From: an uncultured Planctomycetota bacterium
GTDB taxonomy: Bacteria > Planctomycetota > Planctomycetia > Isosphaerales > Isosphaeraceae
Direction: 5' to 3'
Length of the DNA stretch: 64,000 nucleotides
Assembly: GCA_963823665.1 (NCBI GenBank)
Contig: CAWGMQ010000006.1
Coordinates: 32,001 to 96,000 of the forward strand
Shown here one piece after another: positions 11,882 through 22,438 of this stretch. The notes below the pieces were generated by a model. That model saw only the letters and a list, made by a program, of their open reading frames with translations, was not told where the DNA came from and did not search any database. Each line of letters starts with the position of its first letter. Position 1 is the stretch's first letter. The position numbers and the translations under genes were made by a program.

Positions 11882-13435
11882 GCCTCCTCAGCAGAATCTG
11901 TGGGTAAATTCTGGCTCAGGCAGGGCGCCAAGGCTGTGATACAAGGCGTTTTTCACTGCATCGAACGTCCGAAAACCGTACGCCTTTCTCGTCGTCAATT
12001 TCACCTTGTTGTTCAGGCCCTCTGCAATGCCTGCGGAAATCGTCCCACGGGCCTTGAACCAATTCAGGATCAATTCTTCATGGCTGCGAAGCCTTCGAGC
12101 CACTTTCTTCATTGGCTCGATCTTTGATCGCATCGTCCTGGTGCACCACTCGTGCAGAAATCGACTCGCCCAGCCGTGATATTGGTAAGTCCAGAAACGC
12201 TGAAAATCCTCCCGCAAAAGATAGCTTCTCACGGACTTTAGGTTGTACTGCACCAGTTCGGCCAATCTCACGGTCTGCTTCTTTGTTAGGTTCTCCGGCC
12301 GCTTCAGCAGGCACCATCGCGCCCGTTTCAGGACTGGCTCGTAGCCATCTCGCTTCAGCCGGCGCGCTTCCTCGGCACGTACTTCGTCGATCGCCTTATT
12401 CATCGCTTGCATGATGTGAAAGCGGTCGAGCACGTGGATCGCGCCAGAAACCTCTTGGGCCAGCACGTTGAGGTACGGTTTCCACATATCGCTGCATAGA
12501 TAGCGGATCGAGTTCTTGGTCTCGTCGGTTATGGTTTGGAAAAAGCCACGCAGGCTTTCCTCCGTCCGGTCCAACCCAATCCAGAGCAACCGCCTGAACC
12601 CAGCGTCAATCTGGTAAACCAGCGTCAGGTAATGATGGCCCCTTTGCCACTGCACTTCGTCTACAGCGATGGCCTTGATTCCGGTCATCGTCCGTCTCGC
12701 CAAGCCCCATGCGACTGCATACTCGACCGAGCGGTACACAGTTTCCCAGGTAGTATGGAATATCAAGGCGACTTCCAGCCACGAGAGCCGCTTGGCCCAA
12801 CCGGCTAGAAACCATCGGTAGGCCGTAGTCACCGGGCTCTTGCCGTCACTCCACGGGACCTCTTCGACGATCACACCGCACTTCGGGCAGTCAACGCGCC
12901 TCATTGCGTAGACAAAGAACACAGCGATCTGCCACAGCGGCACGAACTCGAACCTTCGTACAGGTAGTTGATCATACCCGGCTCGCTTACGGTGGCACCC
13001 GGAGCAAACAGCTCGGCTGTTGCGGCGGGCTTCAATTTCTACCTCCAAGGCAAGTTGCTTTCCTTTCGAGACCAAACTTACCTTGCCGTACACGAAGGAC
13101 TTTTGCGGTGCAATGCGATTGAGGATAGTCTTGAGGAGCATCGTGTGGGGCCTCTCGATTGGGATGGTCTTGGTAACCCTTCCCTAACCGACGGCCGCGC
13201 ACGATGCACTACCCTACCTTCTTCAAAAAAACCTTTCTCAAGAACGAGTCCGCGAAGAGCTATTTAAAACTGAACCATCAAATGTGAACTTCGCCTACCC
13301 CTCCCGCCTTCACCTTCGCTTCGCCCTCAACCTAGCAGGGCGGACCGAATGTGAAGGTGGGAGGGAGAACCCTCCTGTCGAGCCCGAGCCGAGCTGCTGC
13401 ATCGTTTTTCAACCCACAAATTCTGCCGAAGACCC
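11882..13435 (-). mobile_element. ISL3-family insertion sequence (~1.55 kb)
   Basis: 24-bp imperfect terminal IRs GCCTCCTCAGCAGAATCTGTGGGT / GGGTCTTCGGCAGAATTTGTGGGT (19/24); AT-rich target attaaaat at 13436-13443 with a degenerate copy ataaaaaaat on the left. Confidence 0.85.
11888..13141 (-). CDS. ISL3-family transposase
   Basis: CSGC and CPKC zinc-finger motifs, AVDE, CSDMWKPY, DRFHI, AEGLNNKVK..RKAYGFR. Confidence 0.95.
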   Translation of the reverse strand: MLLKTILNRIAPQKSFVYGKVSLVSKGKQLALEVEIEARRNSRAVCSGCHRKRAGYDQLPVRRFEFVPLWQIAVFFVYAMRRVDCPKCGVIVEEVPWSDGKSPVTTAYRWFLAGWAKRLSWLEVALIFHTTWETVYRSVEYAVAWGLARRTMTGIKAIAVDEVQWQRGHHYLTLVYQIDAGFRRLLWIGLDRTEESLRGFFQTITDETKNSIRYLCSDMWKPYLNVLAQEVSGAIHVLDRFHIMQAMNKAIDEVRAEEARRLKRDGYEPVLKRARWCLLKRPENLTKKQTVRLAELVQYNLKSVRSYLLREDFQRFWTYQYHGWASRFLHEWCTRTMRSKIEPMKKVARRLRSHEELILNWFKARGTISAGIAEGLNNKVKLTTRKAYGFRTFDAVKNALYHSLGALPEPEFTHRFC

Positions 13436-13831
13436 ATTAAAATAGGTGTACGAACCCGCGGCGCTGAAGCTGAGCGAACCAGAGATGCTCACAGTGCCGG
13501 AATCACTTCCAGTACTGCTGTTCACGACAGTAGACTGCAATGAGATGGCGTAAGAACCCGTCACCCCGTAGTCCGTTGCGCTGTTACTCGAGGAATCGGA
13601 AATGGGAGCAATCTCACTAGCATTTTGGTCAATGCTATGATCATAAGATATAATGGGGCCATTTGCTTGCAAATCAGTATCGAGCGATGAAGACTGGGTG
13701 AGAATCGTAAGTAGCACACGATTCTCAAGGCGTTCTGGGGACGGCGAGAAACGCACCCTACGCCGCTTGCGGCGAGCGGTCACGCGGACACGGTCAACGA
13801 ACGAGTTCTCGGTGCCATGAATTCGGAGCAT
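13436..13831 (-). pseudogene. 5' part of the giant surface protein, with planctomycete LE-x-R-x-LL extracellular motif
   Basis: MLRIHG...RRKRRRVRFSPSPERLENRVLLT followed by a Ser/Thr-rich beta domain that reads into the IS end. Confidence 0.85.
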
Positions 13832-14202
13832 GGTGTCCCTTTTCTGTTGGACGGGCTGGTGCCTTTGCAACACCCCACTAGTCACGCCTGTTCTGCGCCG
13901 TGAAATTTGGTGTGAGTACCATGACTGGCGATCCTTTTGCCTCCGCGGAGTCCCACAGCGGTGCCGAATCTTCAATCGACTTACTGCGTCTAACGTGAGA
14001 GACCCTTCGTTTTCGAGTTTCTTCCCGCGACATCCGATTTTTCCTGCACCTCTCAGCAGACTTGAATTTCTGTTGAATCGGTCTTCGCCGACCGAGTAGC
14101 TTTTGACGTGGCGGATCAGTTTCTCAAAGGAAAACGGCTTTGAGGAGGGTAACCGACCCGGAGAACGGATACTGATACAGAAGCTGAACCTCCTACCATA
14201 TC

Positions 14203-15183
<981 letters not shown>

Positions 15184-15317
15184 CGGGATCGACTCCCATC
15201 TCAAGAACGGTGAGTGAACGTCGACAGCGCCACGCGAACTGTCGCGCTGAGAGAGCAGACTTGGGACGGTGCGGGCCTTGGTACTCGGATCGACCTCGCT
15301 TCCCTCCCGATAATGCA

Positions 15318-15347
15318 CCCGCGAGAACGCCGACAATTCTGACAAGA
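15318..15347 (-). promoter_or_regulatory. Putative ECF promoter TCTTGTCAGA-N15-GCGGG upstream of the DUF1559 gene
   Basis: Same two boxes and spacing as at 19676-19705. Confidence 0.65.
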
Positions 15348-15413
15348 TGCTTCCAAGAATCCGTTCTATTCGCCGTCGCGGTCTTGATGTGCACGGTCGC
15401 GTCGTGCTGTCGT

Positions 15414-18400
15414 TCACCAACCCAGGCCGATCTCGGCCAAGCGACGCTGCATCTCGACGAGGTTGCAAACGGTCACCGTTCCGTTTGCGTTGCCCCAAGC
15501 CACGAGGCGGCCGTCACGGCTGAATTCCGAGTGAATGAGACCGCCAAGGTCATCCGCTGCGATCGTCACCAGGGGAGCGCTCCGACCTTGCTCATTCACG
15601 GTGTGAGCGGGCTGCTCCGACTTGCCGTCACCCGGATTCTTGCCGAGCCACCGTTTTCCCCCGACACCTATGGCGTTCACGTACCGATCGCGCAATTCAC
15701 GCAGGAATGTCAGGCCGGGAATGGCGAGGAGATGACACGCCGGACGCTTTAAGGAAAGATCATGTAGGAGGACACGCCCGGTCGGGTCGAAACGGAAGAA
15801 GGCACCGTCCTGGTCGAGCGGGAGTTGGATCGGAATTGCACCGATCTCCTTTCCGGTGGGTGTCTCCAGGAGTTTGGAGATGCGTTTGCGCGTTTCCTTC
15901 GATCCGGCCAGCCCCTCAACAAGCAAGTACTGGCCGTCCGGCGACGCCTCTGAGTGGAACACGTGCCGATTGAATTCGCGGAGCTCCCGGATCGGGGTCA
16001 TGGGGATGGGACCGAGGAGGTCGCGGATGCGCACGATCCTTGGGTAAGCTCTCGGGTCCGTGCCGTAGGGTGGTACCCGTTCTTCCGGGGTCTCGACCCG
16101 GATCGAAAGAAGCTGCTCTCCATGGAACGCCAGGTTGTCCTGGAATCCCGCTGGTAATTTCCACGTCTTGATCACCTGGCCTGTTGCAACGTCCCAGAGC
16201 ACTGCACCCCGCCCGGCGGCGCAGGCGAAGTGGCGACCATCGGGGCTCAATTGGAGAGCCCCGTTGTCGGCTGAAGCGCCGCGGGGTGCGTCGAATATGT
16301 GAATCAGCCGGCCGGTGGCTCGGTCCCAGATGCCGACTTGCCAGTCTTGAGCTAACCCCGCGACCAGACGACCGTCCGACGAGATGATTACCTTGTCGAC
16401 CGGCCCGAGCAGACCGCGAAGAGTCTGAATTCCGCGATTGTCCTCCAGCTCCCAGACATCGGCGCCCCCTGGATACCCGAAGCCCGGTTGCCTGCCGACA
16501 GCCAGCCTCTTCCCGTCCGGCGAGAACGCCAACGCGGTTAGAAAGTTGTAGTCGTCGGCTCGTAAGTCCAGTAGATGTCGCCCGGTTGTGATGTCCCAGA
16601 GCTTGATCGCCTCGCGACCCGCGGACGCCAAGGTCATGCCATCGGGGCGAAAGGCCAAGGCGGAAACGTCGGAACTGGAACCCCGACAGAAGCTGCGCAC
16701 CCCTCGCGTGTGCATGTCCCAGATGGTCACGGCTCCGCCCGAGTCGCCCGCGGCGAGCAGCCAGGCGGTTCCGGGGCGCGGGCGATCGTTCCGGCGGAGC
16801 GGATCGGGGCCGAACAGCAGGCAGTTGACACGGTTGCGGCGGCCCTCCAGGGTCGCGATCGGCTCGCCCCCGGGCAGCGGCCAAATGGCGATACGTCCGT
16901 CCTCGTCGCCTGCGGCGAGCAACTGGCCATCCGGTGAGAGGGCAATACCGGACGTGCGCGTTGCATCGATCCGCCGCACCAGCCGCCCCGAGTCGGACTC
17001 CCAGACAGCCAGTATCGAGGCGTCGTCATCGTAGTGCCCGGATGTGTCCAGCCGCCGTGCCATCACCACGACTAGCCTCGCGTCTGCCGTGATCGCAACG
17101 GCGCGTATGGCCGAGGCTCCTTCGATGGGGAGTTTGTATGAACGCAAGAGCCGACCTTTCTCGAGGTCATGCAGTTCTAGTGATCGCCGATCGGATGCGA
17201 TTAAAACCTGCAAAGCCGATGTGTGGGGTCCGAACGCAAATGCACCTTCCCCGTTGGGTTCAAGGGTGATCGTCGAGTCGGCTCCGTCCCAGATCCTTAC
17301 ACGCCCGTCCTTTCCACCGAGAAACAATCGCTTTCCCACGGGGTCGAATGCAACCGCGGTGGTGTCGAAGTCAAAGTGCTTCATGCGCCGCGCGTCGATC
17401 CCCGCCAGCGCCGCGGCGGCCTGGGCCTGAAGAGCGGCGTCGTGGCGACCCTGCGCGACTTCCCGCACATTCGTCCAGACCTCGTCCGACCAGCCACTGG
17501 CGTGCTGCCCCGTTCGGATTCGCCCAATTGTCATGAACTGGATCCCACGGAGCTCACGCTCCTTGGATCGAGCCTGTGCGCGATAATACCCGGCGGCTGC
17601 CGCTCCGGCGGTAGTGATCGCGAGCATCGTGGTAAGAGTCGCCGCCGCCCAGCCAGGGTTTCGCCGGGACCAGAGCGCGAGCCGCCTAACCGGGCGCGCC
17701 GGACGCGCGCTGGTCGGCTCGTGCCGCAGCCAGCGGTTGAGATCATGGGCCAAGGCGCCCGCGGTCGCGTAGCGGTGCGCGGGATCCTTGCGCAGGCGCC
17801 TTGAGGACGACTGCCTCGAGGTCGCGGTCGAGGTGCGGATTCAGCGCGCGCGGTGACTTGGGCTCGTCTTCGAGCACGGACCGCCCAGTCGGGAAGGCTC
17901 GCTGTAGCGTCAAAAGCTCGTACAGGGTCGCCCCCAGGCCCCAGACGTCGGCCCGCGCGTCGGCTTGCGTGCTATCCTGGTGCTGCTCGGGGGCCATGTA
18001 GGGTGGAGTGCCGATTGGGCCGGCGGTCAGGCTGGCGTCGGATTCTGCTGGGATCGCGAAAGCCACCGGGGCCGACGCGCCTTCATGGCTCGCCGTCTTG
18101 AGCGAGGCCAGGCCGAAGTCGAGTACCCAGGCGTGGCCGGTCGTCTCGACCATGATGTTCGAGGGCTTCAGATCGCGGTGAACGACCCCAGCGCCGTTGG
18201 CGTGATGGACACCCTCGGCCACGGCGGCCATCACCGACACTGCGGTGCGGATATATGTCTTCGACAACACTGGAGGCGCGGGCCCGCGATCGGAAACCGG
18301 CGATACCGCGCAACGGGGCGATCCTGCATCCGTGGTTTGGATCTCCCCCGGTGCGGCGGGCTTTGGCTCCATGGCGCCAGCCTGGGCGGGGTTTTCCGAT

Positions 18401-19017
18401 GGCGACTGGCTGCGCGAGTGTGCCTCTTGCAGCAGTTGCTCGAACGACGAGCTTGACAGGGCGTTGCCCGATGATGACCCGCGAGAGAGGGCCGTCTTGA
18501 TCACCTGGCCAAGCGATGCTCCGGAGAGATAGGGCATGGCGAAGTAGAGCAGCTCGCCTTCGCAGCCCGTCGCGAAGATCGGCACGATGTTCGTATGGTG
18601 CAGCTTCGCCAGAGTGCGCCGCTCTCGATCGAATCGGAGCAAGGACATCGCGCTCGTCGACTGGCTTCGGCGGATCGTCTTGACCGCCACGCGACGAGCG
18701 AGCGGTTCCTCGACCGCCTCGTATACCTCGCCCATGCCGCCCCGGCCGATCGCCCTGATGACGCGGTAAGGACCGAACCGCTTCGGCGCGTTCGAATCGC
18801 TGCCGGGAGAGGCGAATTCTGACGCGGGCTGGGATGGTGTTTCTTGAAGCATCTGAACGGCTTCGGCCAGCTCGCGGAGCGATTCGGCCAGCTCCGGGTA
18901 GAGCGACTGGTACTTTGCCAGCACGGCCTTTGGGTCAGGGGCATCCAGCAGTTCCTGCTCGAATTGCTGGAGCGGTTCCGGAATAGAGCTCTCTGAGTTG
19001 CACAGCGCGGTGGTCAT
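15414..19017 (-). CDS. Ser/Thr kinase-TM-WD40 repeat protein; one frameshift near 17790 (ORFs 17743..19101 and 15414..17753)
   Basis: GRGGMG, HRDLKPSN, DFG, YMAPEQ; WSRRNPGWAAA TM segment; many AFSPDG/WD repeats; ATG at 19017. Confidence 0.9.
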
Positions 19018-19624
19018 GACAGGCTTGCCCCGGGAGGACGAAAGGCGGGCGGGATCAATCTTCGCAATTTCATGGCGGCGCGGAGGCGCGCTGGTTGGCA
19101 CTGTTCGCCGTCAGGCCAACGATCGTGCCGATCTGAGGGAAACCCAGACCGTCGAGGTAGCGCAAGGCGAGGATCTCGCGGTCGATCGGGTCCAGTTTCT
19201 CGAGGGCCGCGCGAACCACCTCGCGACGCTCCGCCCTGGAGACGTCGGTAACGGGACCGGTGTGTGAGTCGACCAGATGGTCGGCCAGCGGCGCGGCGGA
19301 TCCGTCCGCCCAGCCGATTTCCCGATCCACGTCGCGCTGCGGTCCCATCGCGGCGCGGATCAGTTCCTTGAGCCGGTCGAGCACCTGGGCGTAGACCCAG
19401 GCATCGACCTCAGTGGGCTGGGGCGAAAGCGACCGCCAGCGCGGCTGAGCGCGAATGAACGCATCCTGGACGACGCCTTCCGGGTCGATCCGAGCGGCCA
19501 TCTTGGAGCTGACCCGTCGCAGTATCATCGCTACGAGCCGAGGCCGCAGTCGTTCGAACGCCGCGTCCAGGATCGCGTCGCCCGTCAATGTCGAAAGTGT
19601 CGTCTTCGAATAATCACCAGGCAT
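19014..19624 (-). CDS. ECF sigma-70 factor translationally coupled to the kinase; 1-bp deletion near 19085
   Basis: Region 2 (RPRLVAMI..VVQDAF) and region 4 (LDPIDREILALRY..IGTIVG); adding one C gives NQRALRAAMKLRRL...LS* with ATGA overlap onto the kinase start. Confidence 0.85.
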
Positions 19625-19675
19625 GCACTGCCCCCCCGGCCGTAGGTGGTCGCCGGATGTTCCACCGGGGATTAT

Positions 19676-19705
19676 CCCGCATCTAAAGCCCGAAGTCTGA
19701 CAAGA
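19676..19705 (-). promoter_or_regulatory. Putative autoregulatory ECF promoter TCTTGTCAGA-N15-GCGGG
   Basis: About 50 bp upstream of the ECF ATG; identical boxes at 15318-15347. Confidence 0.65.
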
Positions 19706-19851
19706 AAAACAATATTCTCACGACGAGGTTTGGCGGTCTGGGTGGTGCCGGGGTCAGAAACGCGGACTGGTGTGGTGTCGGCCGGGCATTCCATTCCGTG
19801 TAAGGTGGCGTGAACGCGCCGTTTGGCCCTGCGATGAGTGGTGAGGGCTGG

Positions 19852-20395
19852 GGTGTGGACCAGGTCACCGCTGTGACGAGGGGTTTCGGGGGTGAACCGG
19901 GAGTGTGGACCAGAGGTATACCGCACCGGGCGTTGACGCGTCGGGTATACGATGTTCCACGTGGCGGGGCTCGAACGCGGGGGCGGTACCCGGCGTTGAC
20001 ACGCCGGGCTATACGATGTCGCCCCACATGGGGCTCGACTTGGCGGCGTTACCCCAACCGCCGCCTCAACATCGGTTATTCCGTAACACCGACTGTCAAT
20101 CTTCGGATGCCTCGCTGACGCTTCGGGTTGGTGTCGCGCTCGGGGACGTGCCCAACGCGACGTCTCAGCGACGGTTCTTCAGTAACGCCGATTTTCGATC
20201 GCCGGAAACCTCGCTGGCGCTTCGGGTTAATGTACGATCGCGACGCTTGAGGCGAGTTTGCTGGGTGGTCACTCGGAGCGAAGGGCAACGATTCGACCGG
20301 CCGGCGGCAACGCTATATGATCAAGTGCAGATGACGCACTTTCGCGGAGCGAAAGGCGACTATGCAATGCGATGCGGATGGCGCACTTTCGCGGA
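19852..20395. repeat. Cluster of paired REP-like palindromic repeats
   Basis: gtgtggaccag x2; acc(g/c)ggcgttgac..tatacgatgt..ggggctcga x2; cctcgctg(a/g)cgcttcgggtt x2; gcactttcgcggagcgaaaggcgact at 20336. Confidence 0.75.
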
Positions 20396-22047
20396 GAGGC
20401 TGTCATCTTTTGGCCGCGTTGCGGTAACTCGGCCGTTGGGCCTAGTCGGCTGTGATTCACCGCTTGGTCGCTCGGTTAGTGCCGCCGATTCACGCCAGTT
20501 CTCCAATAGCCCAGCCGTTGACGCAAACGCGCTTTCCTATTTTGTCCCTTTTTTGCAAAGTACCGCTCATTCCGCCAGTTTGCCCATCGCTCGGCGCAGT
20601 CTCCCTGCGACAACCAGGTTGTGAGCAATTGCAAACAACAATGCGACGGCGCGGCAACGCGGTTGGCCACGCACGGGCATAAACCAGAATCCTCGATTGC
20701 GAGCCTGGGCGTTGACCCACTCGGCTGTTTGGCCTCGCAGCCGGTAGATCAGCTTCGCGGCCTCGGTCCCCATTCGGATCCGCCAAGCGGCAACCGCTTC
20801 GCTGTCGCCCTTCTTTGCGGTGTAGGGATCTTCTCCATTTGCCTGTTTCTTTTTCTCGTCTCTGATCGGCCCGTATACGATGCAGCCGCGTTGGGCCGCC
20901 TGATCGATCGAGTCCTTGGTCGTGAAGCCACCGTCAACCAATGCCTCATCCGGAATTCGTTCGTAACGCTCCTCCAACTGGTCGAGCATGGGCGGAAGTT
21001 CTTCGCCATCGTTCCCTGCGTTGGTCACCTCCACACCCACAATCACACCGCTTTCGGTGTCTGTTGTGAATTGAACGTTATATCCCGGCCGGAATCCTCC
21101 GTCTGGAAACTTCATGATCCTCGCGTCGGGGTCGGTGGTCGAAGCACGCGCTTCCCGCCCCTTGCGGCCGTAGGACTCGTCACGTTCGCGTTGCAGCTCC
21201 TCGCACTGCCGCATCGCTTCTTCGATCCGTTGCTGTCGCTTGTTGGCGGCACGCTCCCGCGCCGCTCGCTGCCGTCGAGTCAGCTCTGCTGTGTCCTCCT
21301 CGGCCAGTTTCTTCAGCGCCTCAACCTGCTCCTTCGCCGCTTTCAGGCACTCCTCCAGGCTACCGCGACGACGAAACGAGCTCTTGCCCGCGCTGGCACG
21401 CACTCTCATTCCGTCCTGAGCGACCCGGTCCATTTTCACCAACCCGGCATGGAGCAGGGTGCCCACGATCTGCGTGAGCAGTTCGTTCAACTTCTCGCCC
21501 CCACAAGCGAGGAAGTGGGACAACATGCTGTGGTTGACGGTTACGCCGCCGCACAGCCACTGGTACGGCAGACTCCCTTGGTTCTTTTCGCACAGCCGTT
21601 CGATTTCACGGGCGCTGCCGACTCCCTTCAATGTGGCGAAAACCCGCAATCCGACCAGCAAGCGCGGGTCGGTGGCATCTCGGCCGACATGTCGCTCGAC
21701 GGCCTTGATCTCGCCGAGCCAGGCTTTCAGATCGAGCTTGCAGACCGCCGCCCAGACGACCCGGGCCGGATGGTCGGCCTCGAGCAATTCATCGAGCGAT
21801 GCCCAGCGCATCTCGATCTGGTCGCGTACGGGACACCGCAGCCGCGGCTTGCCAGTTGGCATCGACTGGGCAGCCTGGGCGGGAGAGGGCTGATCGGGCA
21901 AGTCTTCTGGGCTAAAGAGAGGAAGTGTCATGACGCTCGTCCTGCAACACCGGGGCTGCGTGGGGCTCATGCGGCGGACTACATGCATGGTATTAGAACG
22001 TGAACACTATACAAAATCAACCCCAACGCCGAAAAAATCACAGCCTC
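20396..22047 (-). mobile_element. IS1182-family element, copy 1 (1652 bp), inserted in a REP loop
   Basis: IRs GAGGCTGTCATCTTTT / GAGGCTGTGATTTTTT; flanks gcactttcgcGGA | GGAgcgaaaggcga. Confidence 0.9.
20567..21931 (-). CDS. IS1182-family transposase
   Basis: LLEADHPAR (DUF772-like), QDGMRVRASAG, STTDPDARIM, GYNVQ, LVDGGF; start may be 21931 or 21988. Confidence 0.9.
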   Translation of the reverse strand: MTLPLFSPEDLPDQPSPAQAAQSMPTGKPRLRCPVRDQIEMRWASLDELLEADHPARVVWAAVCKLDLKAWLGEIKAVERHVGRDATDPRLLVGLRVFATLKGVGSAREIERLCEKNQGSLPYQWLCGGVTVNHSMLSHFLACGGEKLNELLTQIVGTLLHAGLVKMDRVAQDGMRVRASAGKSSFRRRGSLEECLKAAKEQVEALKKLAEEDTAELTRRQRAARERAANKRQQRIEEAMRQCEELQRERDESYGRKGREARASTTDPDARIMKFPDGGFRPGYNVQFTTDTESGVIVGVEVTNAGNDGEELPPMLDQLEERYERIPDEALVDGGFTTKDSIDQAAQRGCIVYGPIRDEKKKQANGEDPYTAKKGDSEAVAAWRIRMGTEAAKLIYRLRGQTAEWVNAQARNRGFWFMPVRGQPRCRAVALLFAIAHNLVVAGRLRRAMGKLAE

Positions 22048-22438
22048 GGAGCGAAAGGCGACGATCGGGCGCGGTCGGACTCCTCGCGCGAGGGCAGCCT
22101 TGTGGTTCAACCGCGAGCGCGCCGCGGAGCGGCACGAGGTACGTTCCCACGCGGGAGCGTCGGAACGAGGGGTGCCGCTTGGGAATGACGCGTGGATGAC
22201 GCCCCCCAGACCGAATCGTCGGGCAGAAGATCGACCTCGCGGATTGTGGGGGTTCAACCGCCTGCGGATTCCACGGAACCCAAGAAGGATTTAGCAAACG
22301 CGGGGCTCTGGACGACATTCTTAATAAGGCGCTTCGGGCAAGCTGGCTAAGGGCTGACGGGGCTGAGCTTTCCTGGGCTGTTCGGTGTTGAAAAGAGCTG
22401 TTTTCTCGGCGAAACGAAGTGAAAAGGAGAGAATCATC

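Noticed and set aside
20621..22003. 460-aa ORF antisense to the transposase (also 40411..41793)
   Set aside because: No recognisable motifs; its presence in both copies only reflects IS identity; long shadow ORFs are common at high GC
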